Part shown: positions 43,984 to 54,900 of the stretch, in pieces
How positions within the stretch are numbered: the first letter of the stretch is position 1
How the letters are laid out: each line of letters starts with the position of its first letter
Source: Tetramitus jugosus
Taxonomy: Eukaryota > Protista > Heterolobosea
Direction of reading: 5' to 3'
Length of the DNA stretch: 64,000 nt
NCBI GenBank assembly: GCA_937625935.1
Contig: OW569379.1
Location: 124,001-188,000, forward strand
The notes under the pieces: model-generated
Databases searched by the model: none
Told to the model about the DNA's origin: nothing
What the model saw: only the letters and a program-made list of their open reading frames with translations
Translations under genes and position numbers: made by a program

Positions 43984-46452
43984 TTATTGAATGGATGCTG
44001 GCTTCAAATCTTGATATTGCAACAGGGTTGGAATGACAGTATCAGCATTTAAGCTGAGAGAGTCAATTCCTTCCTTGATCAAGAATTCTGCAAGATCTGG
44101 GAAATCACTTGGTCCCTGACCACAGATACCAATCTTCCTCTTGTTTCTCTTAGCACCTCGAATTGCGAGTTCTAGCATCTTTAACACAGCCTCATTTCTC
44201 TCATCGAACAGTGGAGCTACCAGATGCGAGTCTCTGTCGACAGCGAGGGTTGTTTGAGTCAAATCGTTGGAACCGATAGAGAATCCATCGAAGATGGCAG
44301 CAAAACTATCAATCAGAATGACATTTGATGGAATTTCAACCATCATATACAATTCGAGATCGTGTTCACCCTGTTTCAACCCACATTCTCTCATTATCTG
44401 AACAACCTTTCTTCCCTCTTCTACTGTTCTGACAAATGGAATCATGAGTTTCGTGTTCGTTAAACCATACTCTTCGCGAATCTTCTTCATCGCTAGACAT
44501 TCTAATACAAACGCTTCCTTGTACATTTCATGATAGTATCTAGATGCTCCTCTGAACCCAATCATAGCATTTGATTCATGTGGTTCAAAATACTTTCCAC
44601 AAAGAAGAGATCTGTACTCTGAACTCTTGAAATCAGACATTCTGATGATAACTGGCTTTGGATAGAAAGCAGCAGCGATAGTACCAGCTTCCTGTGCCAA
44701 CTTGTCAACGAAGAATTGCTTTGGATCGTTGATGTACTTATCTCCATTGTAGCATAGCAATGATCGAACAGCCTCCTGATCCTTCTTCTCAGTCACTCTT
44801 TCTGGATGAATGAGTGCCATTGGATGTACTTGAATGGCATTGTTAATAATAAACTCCATACGAGCCAAACCAACACCATCGTTTGGTATTCTAGCAGTTG
44901 CAAAAGCTTCATCTGGATTGGCAATGTTAATCATCACACCAAAGGCCCGATTCTCATGAATGTCAATTTCTTGTCTTGTAACAGTGAAATTAAGTTCTCC
45001 TTCAAAAATGTACCCAATATCACCATTGTGACAATCAACTGTCACTGGTGAATTGTCAGGAATGAGTTGAACAGCTCTTTCTGCTCCCACTATGGCTGGA
45101 ATTCCTAATTCTCTACAAATGATTGCAGCGTGACAAGTTCTACCACCTTTTTGGGTGACAATAGCAGAAGCCATACACATAAAAGGTTCCATATCCGGAT
45201 CTGTGCTGTCTGTAACCAGAACCAATCCCTTCTTCATCTTCTTTTTCATCTCATCCAAATTTTTGCACACGCAGGCAACACCAGATGCAATCTTGCTTCC
45301 AATGCTCTTTCCTTGTGCCAGCACAGTGGCACCTCCACATTTCAAGTGATAGGTTTCCAGAACATTTGATGATTTCCTGTTGCTTTGAACTGTCTCTGGT
45401 CTAGCTTGAACAATGTACAATTCTCCAGTCTTGCCACACTTGGCCCATTCGATATCCATTGGACAGGATGAGCCCTTGATCTTGCTGTAATGCTCTTCGA
45501 TCAACACAGCATGTCTGGCCAATTGTAAAATTTCATCGTCAGAGAGCGAATATTGTGATCTCAATACTTCGTCTGTATCCATGTTTGTAGTCTGAACAAC
45601 CTTGCTAACAGTTGGCTCGATCATACCTGCACCATTGTTCTTGTACCCCATGGTCAACTCCTTGCTACCTAATCTCTTCTTCAACAAGGGCTTGAATCCC
45701 TGCTTGAGCGTTGGCTTATGTACATAGAACTCATCGGGATTCACTGTACCCTGTACCACATTCTCACCGAGACCATAGGAAGATGTAATAAAGATTGCTT
45801 CATCGAATCCAGACTCAGTGTCCAAAGTAAACATGACACCGGAGCATGCAAGGTCGGAACGAACCATTTTCTGTACACCAATCGAAAGTGCAATCTGTAC
45901 ATGATCATAATTCTTGTCCATTCGATAACTGATGGCTCTATTGGTGAACAAGGAGGCATATGTGTGCAGAATTGCTTCGAGCAACTGCTCCACACCACAA
46001 ATGTTCAAGTAAGTGTCTTGTTGACCTGCAAAACTGGCATCAGGCAAGTCTTCTGCGGTAGCAGAGCTTCTCACTGCAACATCAATATCCTGTTGCTTGT
46101 ATTCTCTCTCCATGGAGTGATAGGAGTCAACGATTGCCCGATTCAAATCAGAAGGAATCTTGGATTGAATAATTGAGGAACGAATTTCTTGACCAATCTC
46201 TTCCAAATTCTCCTTTTCATGTGTGACTCGATTGACCTTGATCTTGGACAAGAGCTGTTCAATCTTCTCTGTGAGATGGTTCTGTCTCATAAAGTGAAAG
46301 TACGCATCAGATGTGATGGCAAATCCGCCCGGGACGTTGCAACCTGGTAAGTTGGAAATCATTTCACCCAGAGAGGCGTTCTTTCCTCCTACAGAGTCGA
46401 TATCTTTAATTCCTACAGTGTTTAATGGCTTGACAAAAGTTACGGCTTGCAT
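43984..46452 (-). CDS. ppsA: Phosphoenolpyruvate synthase (pyruvate,water dikinase)
   Basis: VGGKNASLGEM, VAVRSSATAEDLPDASFAGQQ, GGRTCHAAI (phospho-His), GFSIGSNDLTQ, GICGQGPSD. Confidence 0.96.
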   Translation of the reverse strand: MQAVTFVKPLNTVGIKDIDSVGGKNASLGEMISNLPGCNVPGGFAITSDAYFHFMRQNHLTEKIEQLLSKIKVNRVTHEKENLEEIGQEIRSSIIQSKIPSDLNRAIVDSYHSMEREYKQQDIDVAVRSSATAEDLPDASFAGQQDTYLNICGVEQLLEAILHTYASLFTNRAISYRMDKNYDHVQIALSIGVQKMVRSDLACSGVMFTLDTESGFDEAIFITSSYGLGENVVQGTVNPDEFYVHKPTLKQGFKPLLKKRLGSKELTMGYKNNGAGMIEPTVSKVVQTTNMDTDEVLRSQYSLSDDEILQLARHAVLIEEHYSKIKGSSCPMDIEWAKCGKTGELYIVQARPETVQSNRKSSNVLETYHLKCGGATVLAQGKSIGSKIASGVACVCKNLDEMKKKMKKGLVLVTDSTDPDMEPFMCMASAIVTQKGGRTCHAAIICRELGIPAIVGAERAVQLIPDNSPVTVDCHNGDIGYIFEGELNFTVTRQEIDIHENRAFGVMINIANPDEAFATARIPNDGVGLARMEFIINNAIQVHPMALIHPERVTEKKDQEAVRSLLCYNGDKYINDPKQFFVDKLAQEAGTIAAAFYPKPVIIRMSDFKSSEYRSLLCGKYFEPHESNAMIGFRGASRYYHEMYKEAFVLECLAMKKIREEYGLTNTKLMIPFVRTVEEGRKVVQIMRECGLKQGEHDLELYMMVEIPSNVILIDSFAAIFDGFSIGSNDLTQTTLAVDRDSHLVAPLFDERNEAVLKMLELAIRGAKRNKRKIGICGQGPSDFPDLAEFLIKEGIDSLSLNADTVIPTLLQYQDLKPASIQ

Positions 46453-47042
46453 TCTCTCTTGAAACTATGGTATGAGGTGTATATTTACGGACTTGTATAT
46501 AAATTACTTGCTTATTGTTTGGTACAATGGTATGATATGATACAAATTACAAGAGGAAGTTATAAGGAGAGCAGCGTATTGGAGAAGCAAGACCAGAGTT
46601 ATCCTTCGTAAGGTAGTATTCTTTGTTGTTTTGTTGTTGTTGTAGTTGCCAAGAGACACAAGCTCCTGAATTTAAAGGCTCGTAGCAGAGATCTCGCTAA
46701 TCCGCAGAAGATCAATCAAAATACCAGCCCCACAAAAGTAATGATTCAACTCATACTCTGCCCAGACCTCATTTTAGTCCTCACTTGCCAGCTTGTTGAT
46801 TGAACCAGATTGCGCACCTGGTGGTCGTTCCGCAAGTGAACAAAAATAAAACACTACAGTGGCGCATACTCAAGTTTCCGCAGCGATTCTCAGAAACAGC
46901 ATGAACGGGTAACCCAACAGCAACAACGACTTCCAAACGCTAAATTCTCCACCAAAGATGCCTCTTTTTGATTGCTCAGTCAAAAGGAGATTATCTTGAT
47001 TGCTCGGCAACTTTTTTTTACAGTTTGAGTTTTTTAGTTTGT

Positions 47043-48383
47043 TTACACTCTCAAAATACCTGCATCCGCGGCGTCATCTTCCATATCCAGATCGAAATCT
47101 TCGAGTTGTTCCATGAAGCCTGAATTTGGTTTGGTTTTTGGCCACTTGGTCTTCACACGATCCATGGCCGTGTCCAGTGTCATTTGATGCTCTCTCATCA
47201 GATATCCAATCATCACAGTTGGAGCCAGAGATGTTCCATTCTTGCAGTACAACAAAATCTTGTTGCTTGGATTCTTTCTGACGACTTGGATATAGTCCGC
47301 AATCGGGTCAAACAGATCATACACTTCAAACTTTGTTGTGTCTTGTGCGGTCCAGACCTTGTAAGTGAAACTGGATCGGAATGGCTCAGAATTGTAATAA
47401 CCAGATTCTGACATACAAATCACATGAGTAATACCAATGGTTTGCTGCTTTTCCAAATTGTGAGACACAAGGTCATCACCCAAGAACACATTGGACACAA
47501 TTTCACTGTAGCTCGTGTCAATGGCTGAACCACCTGTAGTAGGACCTCCTCTGCGTCTTCTTCTTGTACCTGCTTCGACCACAATAGGAACAGCATCAGT
47601 AAAGACAGCTCCTCGAATTGTTCCAGCAGATGATGCTGTAGTTGAACTGCTACTACTGGTGCTACTTGACGAAGAAGACAAGCTCAAATCTCTGGTAGAT
47701 TTGATCAAGTCAGATGTGCTGCGCTCTTCTTCCTTCTTCCACAAGTCTTGTTTCACAGGAGGAGGGGTAGCCGCAGCAGATGAAGAAGAACCATAAGTTG
47801 TCTTTTTAGCTGCAGTCGACGATGAGGATGACGACGATACAGGAGAGGAATAAGAAGAGGAAGTAGTCGTCGTCGTAGTCCTAGCAGTCGAAGTAAGCTT
47901 GGGTTCCGTTTTGGCCGCAGGAGAAGAAACAGCAGGAGAAGAGCTACTCTGTAGCTTTCTGTTCTTTTCCGACGCAGCAATCAACGCATCAATCGAATCC
48001 CCAGAAGAGCTGCTCTGCACCGTAGATTTTGCTCTTCGGTTGCTTGTCCGACCTAATTGTCCGTTATAGTACTTGTACAGTTGAGACATGTACAGGAGAA
48101 CACTCTTGTCATCAGGTCTCTTCTCATTGATGTCCTCTGGTTCTAAATAACGCTCCACACCAAGGTTTTCAGCTGTTGTGAATGCCCAATCGAGTCTGTC
48201 CAATCGATTCATGTCTCTCATGGTCGAATCAAAATCGCCCTCTAATAACTCCGGATTGTGAGAGTGTACGATGGCGGCAAAGCCATAGCCATCGGCGAAA
48301 CTGCCGGAGAAATCAGAAATGCGAACGCTAGAGTAGCTTGCTGTGACGTTTTGTGCCCATGCAAGGATGATTTGCTTTGCCAT
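47043..48383 (-). CDS. Calponin-homology domain + Ser/Thr linker + dual-specificity phosphatase-like domain (probable pseudophosphatase)
   Basis: ISDFSGSFADGYGFAAIVH..PDDKSVLLY (CH domain). SEIVSNVFLG, YCKNGTSLA, PNSGFMEQL (DSP). ATG at 48383. Confidence 0.85.
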   Translation of the reverse strand: MAKQIILAWAQNVTASYSSVRISDFSGSFADGYGFAAIVHSHNPELLEGDFDSTMRDMNRLDRLDWAFTTAENLGVERYLEPEDINEKRPDDKSVLLYMSQLYKYYNGQLGRTSNRRAKSTVQSSSSGDSIDALIAASEKNRKLQSSSSPAVSSPAAKTEPKLTSTARTTTTTTSSSYSSPVSSSSSSSTAAKKTTYGSSSSAAATPPPVKQDLWKKEEERSTSDLIKSTRDLSLSSSSSSTSSSSSTTASSAGTIRGAVFTDAVPIVVEAGTRRRRRGGPTTGGSAIDTSYSEIVSNVFLGDDLVSHNLEKQQTIGITHVICMSESGYYNSEPFRSSFTYKVWTAQDTTKFEVYDLFDPIADYIQVVRKNPSNKILLYCKNGTSLAPTVMIGYLMREHQMTLDTAMDRVKTKWPKTKPNSGFMEQLEDFDLDMEDDAADAGILRV

Positions 48384-48633
48384 ATTTTCTGAGTATGAAT
48401 TGCAATTTGGTGTGTTGTTGTTTTCAAGAAATGGGATGCTGGATTGTTTGTTTTGCTTTTTTGTTTTGGTGGATCCTTCTGTGCCACCAATTTGACAGGT
48501 GACAAGGAGGAATGACAGAAGAAGGACGAATTGCGAGCCGTAGAACATACCGGTGTCGGAGATAAATCACCAATAATTGTGCGCCATTAGAAAGAAGGAA
48601 AAGAAGGTTTTCTTCAGAAAGTACTTTATGAAT

Positions 48634-50103
48634 TTACAACTTAATGCTCTTGTATCTCTCGTCATCAATTGCCTCTCTCAAGATACCATAAGGTGAGAAG
48701 TCTTCTCCGTTGATCACAGCCTTAAGCAGGGATGGAGAGAAGCCAGCCAACATTGCAACACCTTGCTCGTTAGACTTGGCGGCAAAGTCAGTGGTGTTGG
48801 CACGCACATTCCAGTACACGATCTGAGGCATGTCGTATCCAGCCTTTGCAAACTTCTCAACAATCACCTCGTGATTTGTCTTGTAGCCGCGAGCAGCGGA
48901 GTCAAACTGCATATCAGAGATAATGTACAATCTGGTTGGCATGTCTTCTGGACGAACATTGCCTTGCTTGGCTCTGGTCAAGATCAAATCAAATGTCTTT
49001 TGAAGGTTGGTAGATCCACCCCATGGAGCAGCGATCAACTCAGCCACACGAGACTTTAGAGTCTTTCCCTTAAGCTCGAAAAAGTTTGGATTCTCATCAA
49101 AAGTCAACACTTGATTGGTAAATGGTGCCAATGAGAACTTGCTGATCAAGATGCCCAACGCAATACTGACTTCCATTGGTGTTCCACTCATGGAACCAGA
49201 CACATCGCTCACAACAATGGAATGTGACATATTGCCCATCTTTTCGACACGCTTCTCAATCTCCTTCCATTGTTCTTCAATAATGGTGTCCTCAGGAGTG
49301 TTTCCATGCATGTACTGTCTGCACAAGTCATGAGGCTCAACAGTGGTAGCATTGACCTTGACTGTCTTATCACCAGACTTCAACTTGTCTTGATACTCCT
49401 GGAATCTCTCAGGGTCATTCTTGGTGAAAGCCTTCTTGAGCTTGTTCATGGCTTGACCAGGCACCTTGGAGTAATCAATCTTGTCCCATTGCTTGGCACA
49501 CATGAACACTTCAATCACCTTGAGATATGCTCTCAATGGTTGCAAATACTCCTTTCTGTATTGCTTCTTGGCGTCCTTGCCGTCCAATCCCAAGGCCTTG
49601 CAAATCTTCTTGACTGCACTAACCTTCTTGTCAAAGTGGCAGTGTTCAGTTGGGCACCACTTGGCACACAAGGTGACTGGCTTTCCCTCATTCATTGCAC
49701 TCAAGTCCTCCTTCAACTGGTTGGCAATGACTTGAGCAACAGCCTCATCGACTTGATCGTTTCCAGTGGCCAAGAACTGCAAGAGATCACTCCAACGACC
49801 AAAGGTTGGAATCAAGCTCAAATTGCTCAAGAAGCTCTGTGTGTGATTTTCAATCACCCACTTCATTCCTGTAAAGAAAATGGCGCGCTCGCCCTTTCCG
49901 CCGCGGCAATCACGGGTATAAAAGAGGAGTTTTAGGGTGTCGAGCGCATCTTCTGCCCAGGCTTGTTCCAACAATGGAAGCAAGTTTTGTTCAGTGATAC
50001 CTCTGACAGTCTTAAAGAACAAATCAAGTCTCTTGTTGGTGGTTGTTGAGAGACTAGGTGCTCCCTTTTCAGTAGTAGTCATAATGTTGGTATTATCGCT
50101 CAT
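48634..50103 (-). CDS. DUF2828 family protein (TROVE/Ro60-like helical domain + vWA)
   Basis: LDLFF, RDCRGGKGER, FGRWSDL, AKWCPTE, DVSGSM (MIDAS), WGGSTN, ISDMQFD, IVYWNV. Confidence 0.9.
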   Translation of the reverse strand: MSDNTNIMTTTEKGAPSLSTTTNKRLDLFFKTVRGITEQNLLPLLEQAWAEDALDTLKLLFYTRDCRGGKGERAIFFTGMKWVIENHTQSFLSNLSLIPTFGRWSDLLQFLATGNDQVDEAVAQVIANQLKEDLSAMNEGKPVTLCAKWCPTEHCHFDKKVSAVKKICKALGLDGKDAKKQYRKEYLQPLRAYLKVIEVFMCAKQWDKIDYSKVPGQAMNKLKKAFTKNDPERFQEYQDKLKSGDKTVKVNATTVEPHDLCRQYMHGNTPEDTIIEEQWKEIEKRVEKMGNMSHSIVVSDVSGSMSGTPMEVSIALGILISKFSLAPFTNQVLTFDENPNFFELKGKTLKSRVAELIAAPWGGSTNLQKTFDLILTRAKQGNVRPEDMPTRLYIISDMQFDSAARGYKTNHEVIVEKFAKAGYDMPQIVYWNVRANTTDFAAKSNEQGVAMLAGFSPSLLKAVINGEDFSPYGILREAIDDERYKSIKL

Positions 50104-50113
50104 TGTAGATGAC

Positions 50114-50181
50114 AGTGAATTATATGTGTTGGTTTACAAGTAATGGGTTGCTATATTAAAATAGTTGCTGTGGAATTCACT
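50114..50181 (-). promoter_or_regulatory. Putative structured RNA element in the 5' leader of the DUF2828 gene
   Basis: Perfect 8-bp stem AGTGAATT/AATTCACT enclosing CCACAGCAA..ATAGCAA..CTTGTAAACC; ends 10 nt before the ATG. Confidence 0.5.
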
Positions 50182-50451
50182 CAAGTTTCTTTGTTGTTTT
50201 TGTGTAGTTGTGGAACAGCAAAGTGCGTTTTTAAAGGGCCAGGGATGGAGAACTTCACAAAGGAACATGATGCCTCACTAGAAAAAACTAATTCAACTGA
50301 TCGCGTGAGGCTTCAACAAGTTTAGTTACTCCGGTCTTTCAGCTGAAAGGAAGTGGATCACATCTACGGCAGCGAGAGAGTGGTGAAGCGTCAATCACAA
50401 GTGAAACAAATACAAAGACAAAAAGATCTCCAGTTCTATTGTGTTTTTAAT

Positions 50452-51615
50452 TTATCGGTCCATATGATTGCAAAACTCTGAAAGCATTTCATAATATTCA
50501 GCAGTGTACCTCCGTTTCTCAGTCTGTGGTTCCTTTGATCCCTTGGGCACAGGCTTCGTATAGATACTAAACTCTATGCTGCTGTAATCCTCTGATTCTG
50601 CTCCCTTGTCTTCCTGTGTCATCGATGGCAAATCCCCGACCTTGCACTGATAAATATGTCGAATGACATGTGTCTCAGGATTGTCCCTAATGATCATCAA
50701 CTCGACCAAACTCAACCCACAAGCTCTCATATCTCTCATCACCTGCTCATGGTCTCTCGACGGAAAAATAAAACAAAATTTTCCGCCATCGGGATTTAAT
50801 ATCATTCGAACACTCGAAAACAAATCGCTCAGTGTCATACTACAGTCGGAGACCAAATGTCGCGCGACTTTTCTCTTGTGTCCACCCTTGTTCAACATGG
50901 CTTCATGCGTATCTGGAGTCAGAGCTGAAATAAAATACGGCGGCGCACACGTAATGAGATTATACTTGTAAAAACCGTCATCCGTCTCAGTCGGAGAATT
51001 ATTTGCCGCCTCTGAGCTTAGCTGAGAGCTATATTGTTGAATGGGAATGTGATGAACGGTAATACGTTCTCTCCACTCTTCACTAAATTGTTGCAAATTG
51101 ATTTTGCACTGATGAATCGCATCCGAGTCCACATCAATCACATCCAAATGCATCTTCATCATATCACTATTGTTACTATTATTCTCTTGTCCAAGAGGAA
51201 AATAATGTTGGGCGAGCATCATTGAAATGAGTCCACTGCCACAACCAATATCAAGCAAACGATTAGGAATGACATTCAACTGTTTTTTTGTCATATTCTT
51301 TTTTTCTTCTTCATTTTCATTTTCATTGTTATTGTTATTGTTATTATTGGTGGTGGTGGTGGAAGAAGAAGATGATGATGATGATGATGGAGAAAAGAGA
51401 GAAGAGGCGTAACCACCGAGTAAGACACCATCAGTGCCCACTTTCATTGCACACAAGTTGTGATAAATGGTAAAGTGATTGAACACAAAGTAGTCCTTGT
51501 TTCGGCGAGATGATGATTTCTTTGGTTGATTTGGTTCTTGTTCAACTATTGTTGTTGTTGTTGTTGTTGAAGTGAGTGGAGTGATGTCATTGTCGTTTGT
51601 TTGTTGTTGTTGCAT
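50452..51615 (-). CDS. tRNA1(Val) A37 N6-methyltransferase-like (TrmN6/YfiC family)
   Basis: AMKVGTDGVLLG, LDIGCGSGLI, CAPPYF, VARH, YTAEYYEML. ATG at 51615. Confidence 0.85.
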   Translation of the reverse strand: MQQQQTNDNDITPLTSTTTTTTIVEQEPNQPKKSSSRRNKDYFVFNHFTIYHNLCAMKVGTDGVLLGGYASSLFSPSSSSSSSSSTTTTNNNNNNNNENENEEEKKNMTKKQLNVIPNRLLDIGCGSGLISMMLAQHYFPLGQENNSNNSDMMKMHLDVIDVDSDAIHQCKINLQQFSEEWRERITVHHIPIQQYSSQLSSEAANNSPTETDDGFYKYNLITCAPPYFISALTPDTHEAMLNKGGHKRKVARHLVSDCSMTLSDLFSSVRMILNPDGGKFCFIFPSRDHEQVMRDMRACGLSLVELMIIRDNPETHVIRHIYQCKVGDLPSMTQEDKGAESEDYSSIEFSIYTKPVPKGSKEPQTEKRRYTAEYYEMLSEFCNHMDR

Positions 51616-51681
51616 GTTTGTTGGTGGTTTACTTTTTTTCACATACCAAAATCAGTTTTGGGACTTTTGTGCGTGCAATTT

Positions 51682-51697
51682 GGGGGGGGTCACGAGA
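51682..51697 (+). repeat. Left terminal inverted repeat
   Basis: GGGGGGGGTCACGAGA; 14/16 match to the reverse complement of 56653-56668. Confidence 0.85.
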
Positions 51698-51949
51698 TGT
51701 GAATTACTGTGGTTTCTGCGTGAAGAGAAGTGAAGAAAGCAACATACTAGTAATTGTGATTGCATCAACAATAATTAATGGACCGATTGAATTCGCAGCA
51801 CGTAAAGGGTATATGTTACTGTCATTGATTAGTTGCGTGGTCGTACGTGTGGACCGTATCTTCGAATCTAGTCCATTTTCCCGTGAGGTTGTCGTGTTCA
51901 CAGCACTTGACGCTCGTCACGACAAGCGAAAAAACCAAAAACCACAACG

Positions 51950-54900
51950 ATGAGTGATGATGTGCCACAATACATATGTTCAAACCTTTTGCATCACAGT
52001 GACGCGAAGCAGTACTACAGTTTGAACAGAATGGTATGTTTGAAGTGTGAACAAGACCGACTGAAGACAGGAAAGAGCCATCAACCATATGGATTGAAGA
52101 AATATTGTGAGGAGTGCAAGAAGTATATATCTGCATGTAACTTTTCAAGACCTGATCGACACAAGTGCTTCAAGAAGCCAGCAGTTCTTGTTGATGAATC
52201 ATCCAGCATTCCACTTCAGTCAATGGATGACACCACACGACATGAGAACAAGTACGATTACTTGAAAGAATTTCTGCAGCATGTGAAGGATGAGGTATCA
52301 CAGCACCAATTTGTGTTGTGGTCTGGCTTCAAAACCAAGTACATAGATCTGATAACATCACCCATTTGGAATACAACTGACCTGAGAAATACTATAACGA
52401 AGAATACTCTACTAGGAGTTGACATTACATTTCTGCTGTATGACGGAATGTACTATGTGTGTCACAGAACAGTTTCTGCAGAATTTATCTCAGCTGTTGT
52501 CAAGTCTCTCGTAAATATGCCTGCAGTGGGCAGTGGAAGCGATCACAGTCACAACTGTAGTCACACTGATGTAGTACATGTAAAAGTTGATCAGAGTAAC
52601 AGCATAACTCAGAAGGAATGTCCTGGGTTCACACCATCTAAATTTGCCAAACAGTATTGCAGTGTACATAGCTGTTTGGTATTAATGACCGGAGTGATAG
52701 CTACTCAAATAAATAGCACAGATCAGTATAGATCTAAGTGGTGTAAGATGTTCGTGACTGGAAAGCAACAGACTTGTTCAATGTGCTCGAGTGCAAAGAA
52801 GACTCTTGATCAACGCGGTACAAGAGCTCAGAATGCAGTCGACACTGGAAGCATCATGGGACGAAATGCATACTCTACAAACACCACGGCACTGATGCTA
52901 GCTAAGGTTAATGCTTTACAATCAAGTTTGTATAGTGCTAATCGTAAGGTCAAAGAGTTGCAAGATGAGGTTGATCAATTATTTCATCTGAATGCAGATG
53001 GCAAAGATGTTGATCAAAAGAAGCAATTGTTTCTCAAGGTGTGTAAAGCACTACACCAAGCTGATGGATATCCATTCTTCTTCCAGCTGTATGAGAGTCA
53101 AATGGACAACTTTGTCAAGGAGACCCGGTTCCTCCACAGATATGATGATACAATTAAGCACTTCTGGAAACATTTTAGACATGTTGCTGGACCAAAGGCT
53201 ATTGATGTTCTCAGAGGAGTACAGAGTGAGAATGCAGGTTTGGAGTACAATATGTTCATTCCAAGTAATAGTACATTGGATAGAATAGAGGATATTGGAT
53301 CGTATGGAGCTCCTCCTCAACTGAGAGTTGACGAGATACACATTTTATTAGAAGATCACGTGAAACAGACTGGTTGCAAAGAATACATCATCAGCTTTGA
53401 TGGCATTATAGTTATACCTAGGTACAAATACTCTGAAGGTTTAGACAAGGTACTTGGAGGAGAGGTTGCTCTTACCCCAGAAGAATATGTATCGCGGTCA
53501 AAAGAAGATCTGGATGATGATCTTGGGAACGAAGTTATTCAGTTTTTGATTCACAGTATTGACGGAGATGTCACAATACGTGCAGGTCATTGGGTGAAGC
53601 CTGACAAGTCAAATGGTGTGAAGTTTATCACATCAAAACTCAAAACTCTTGTAGAGTTGTTCTATAAGAAGGATGTATGTGAGTTAATTGCATCCTGCAG
53701 TGATGGCGATTTATGTAACGATGCAGTGCAGAGTTATATGGAGAAGTATATGAGAGACAAGTATGGTACTCCGTGGTTTCACTTGTTTGACTTCAGCCAT
53801 CTACTGAAGGCTCTGAGAAATGCCCTGCTGAACAGAGTGCTGGAACCTGGTGGACACCAGATACATATGAATTTACTGATTGATCTGTGTAATAAGAGTC
53901 CTAGTGATGGAGTTTTAAGCTTTATCAAAGACAGTTGGTTGAATCCTCCAGACATCATGAAAATGCTTCCATGTTTAGAGATCACATCAGAGAGAGTGCA
54001 AACAGCACTTAAGAGCTTACCAGAAGATATGTACTCTGAGCAAGAACGCAGCTCAGCGCTCGAGCTATCACAATACTTGGGTCAAATCCGAAGCTTGTAT
54101 GATTGCTTTATGGATGTAGACATGCTTCAAGACAAAGCTCTTACACGATTGTATGGTAAATCCAAACCAAGTGAGACAGTCACAGAGGACAGTCTAATGA
54201 GTTATATATGTGGGTGGAATGCATCAGAAAAATCTGCTCAGTTTAAGCTGGCATCACAGACCAGTCGCCATGTTACCACTACTGTCAATAATTTGTACAA
54301 GCTTGTACAATATCTGAATGAGAGACAGGTATCATACTACCTAAAGAGATCGGCATTGTCAACGCTCGCAGTTGAGCTGACATTTTGTGTCACTCGTGGG
54401 ATGCAAGCGTATGTAACTGCTTGCGAATTTAGTACACTATCTGGTAGATCAGAGTGGGATCAACGTATAATTTGTACAGATCCAACAATTCGTCGATGGT
54501 CTTTACCATCAGATGTCCAACAACCATCCAAGTACTACAACGCTTGTATTATACACTATGATACCATGCCAGCTCTGAAACCAAAGAATGATTCCAAAGA
54601 GAAGAGACTGTTGCATTCCGACGATGTAATGAAGGACATGAGATTGAAACTTGCCTCACAGGGAGAGACTACAGGTCACAAGAAAACCAGATCACACTGC
54701 AACACTAGTCACAAGAAGCACTGGTTTCAGTGTGGACAGTGCAATCGACGACCTTATCATTATCCAACAGCTCTTGAAACTCACCTAGGGAAAGTACATA
54801 AGTTGTCTACAGAAGCAGCTGCAGCAGTAGTTAAAGACATGAAGGTCGCAATTATGAAAGAAATCATTGCAGAGCGATCTACTGAACGTAGACAGGCTGC

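Noticed and set aside
49270-49935. 221-aa antisense ORF over DUF2828, and many other antisense ORFs in the track (e.g. over RPL7, kinesin, SRPRA)
   Set aside because: Shadow ORFs caused by codon bias of the real gene on the opposite strand.
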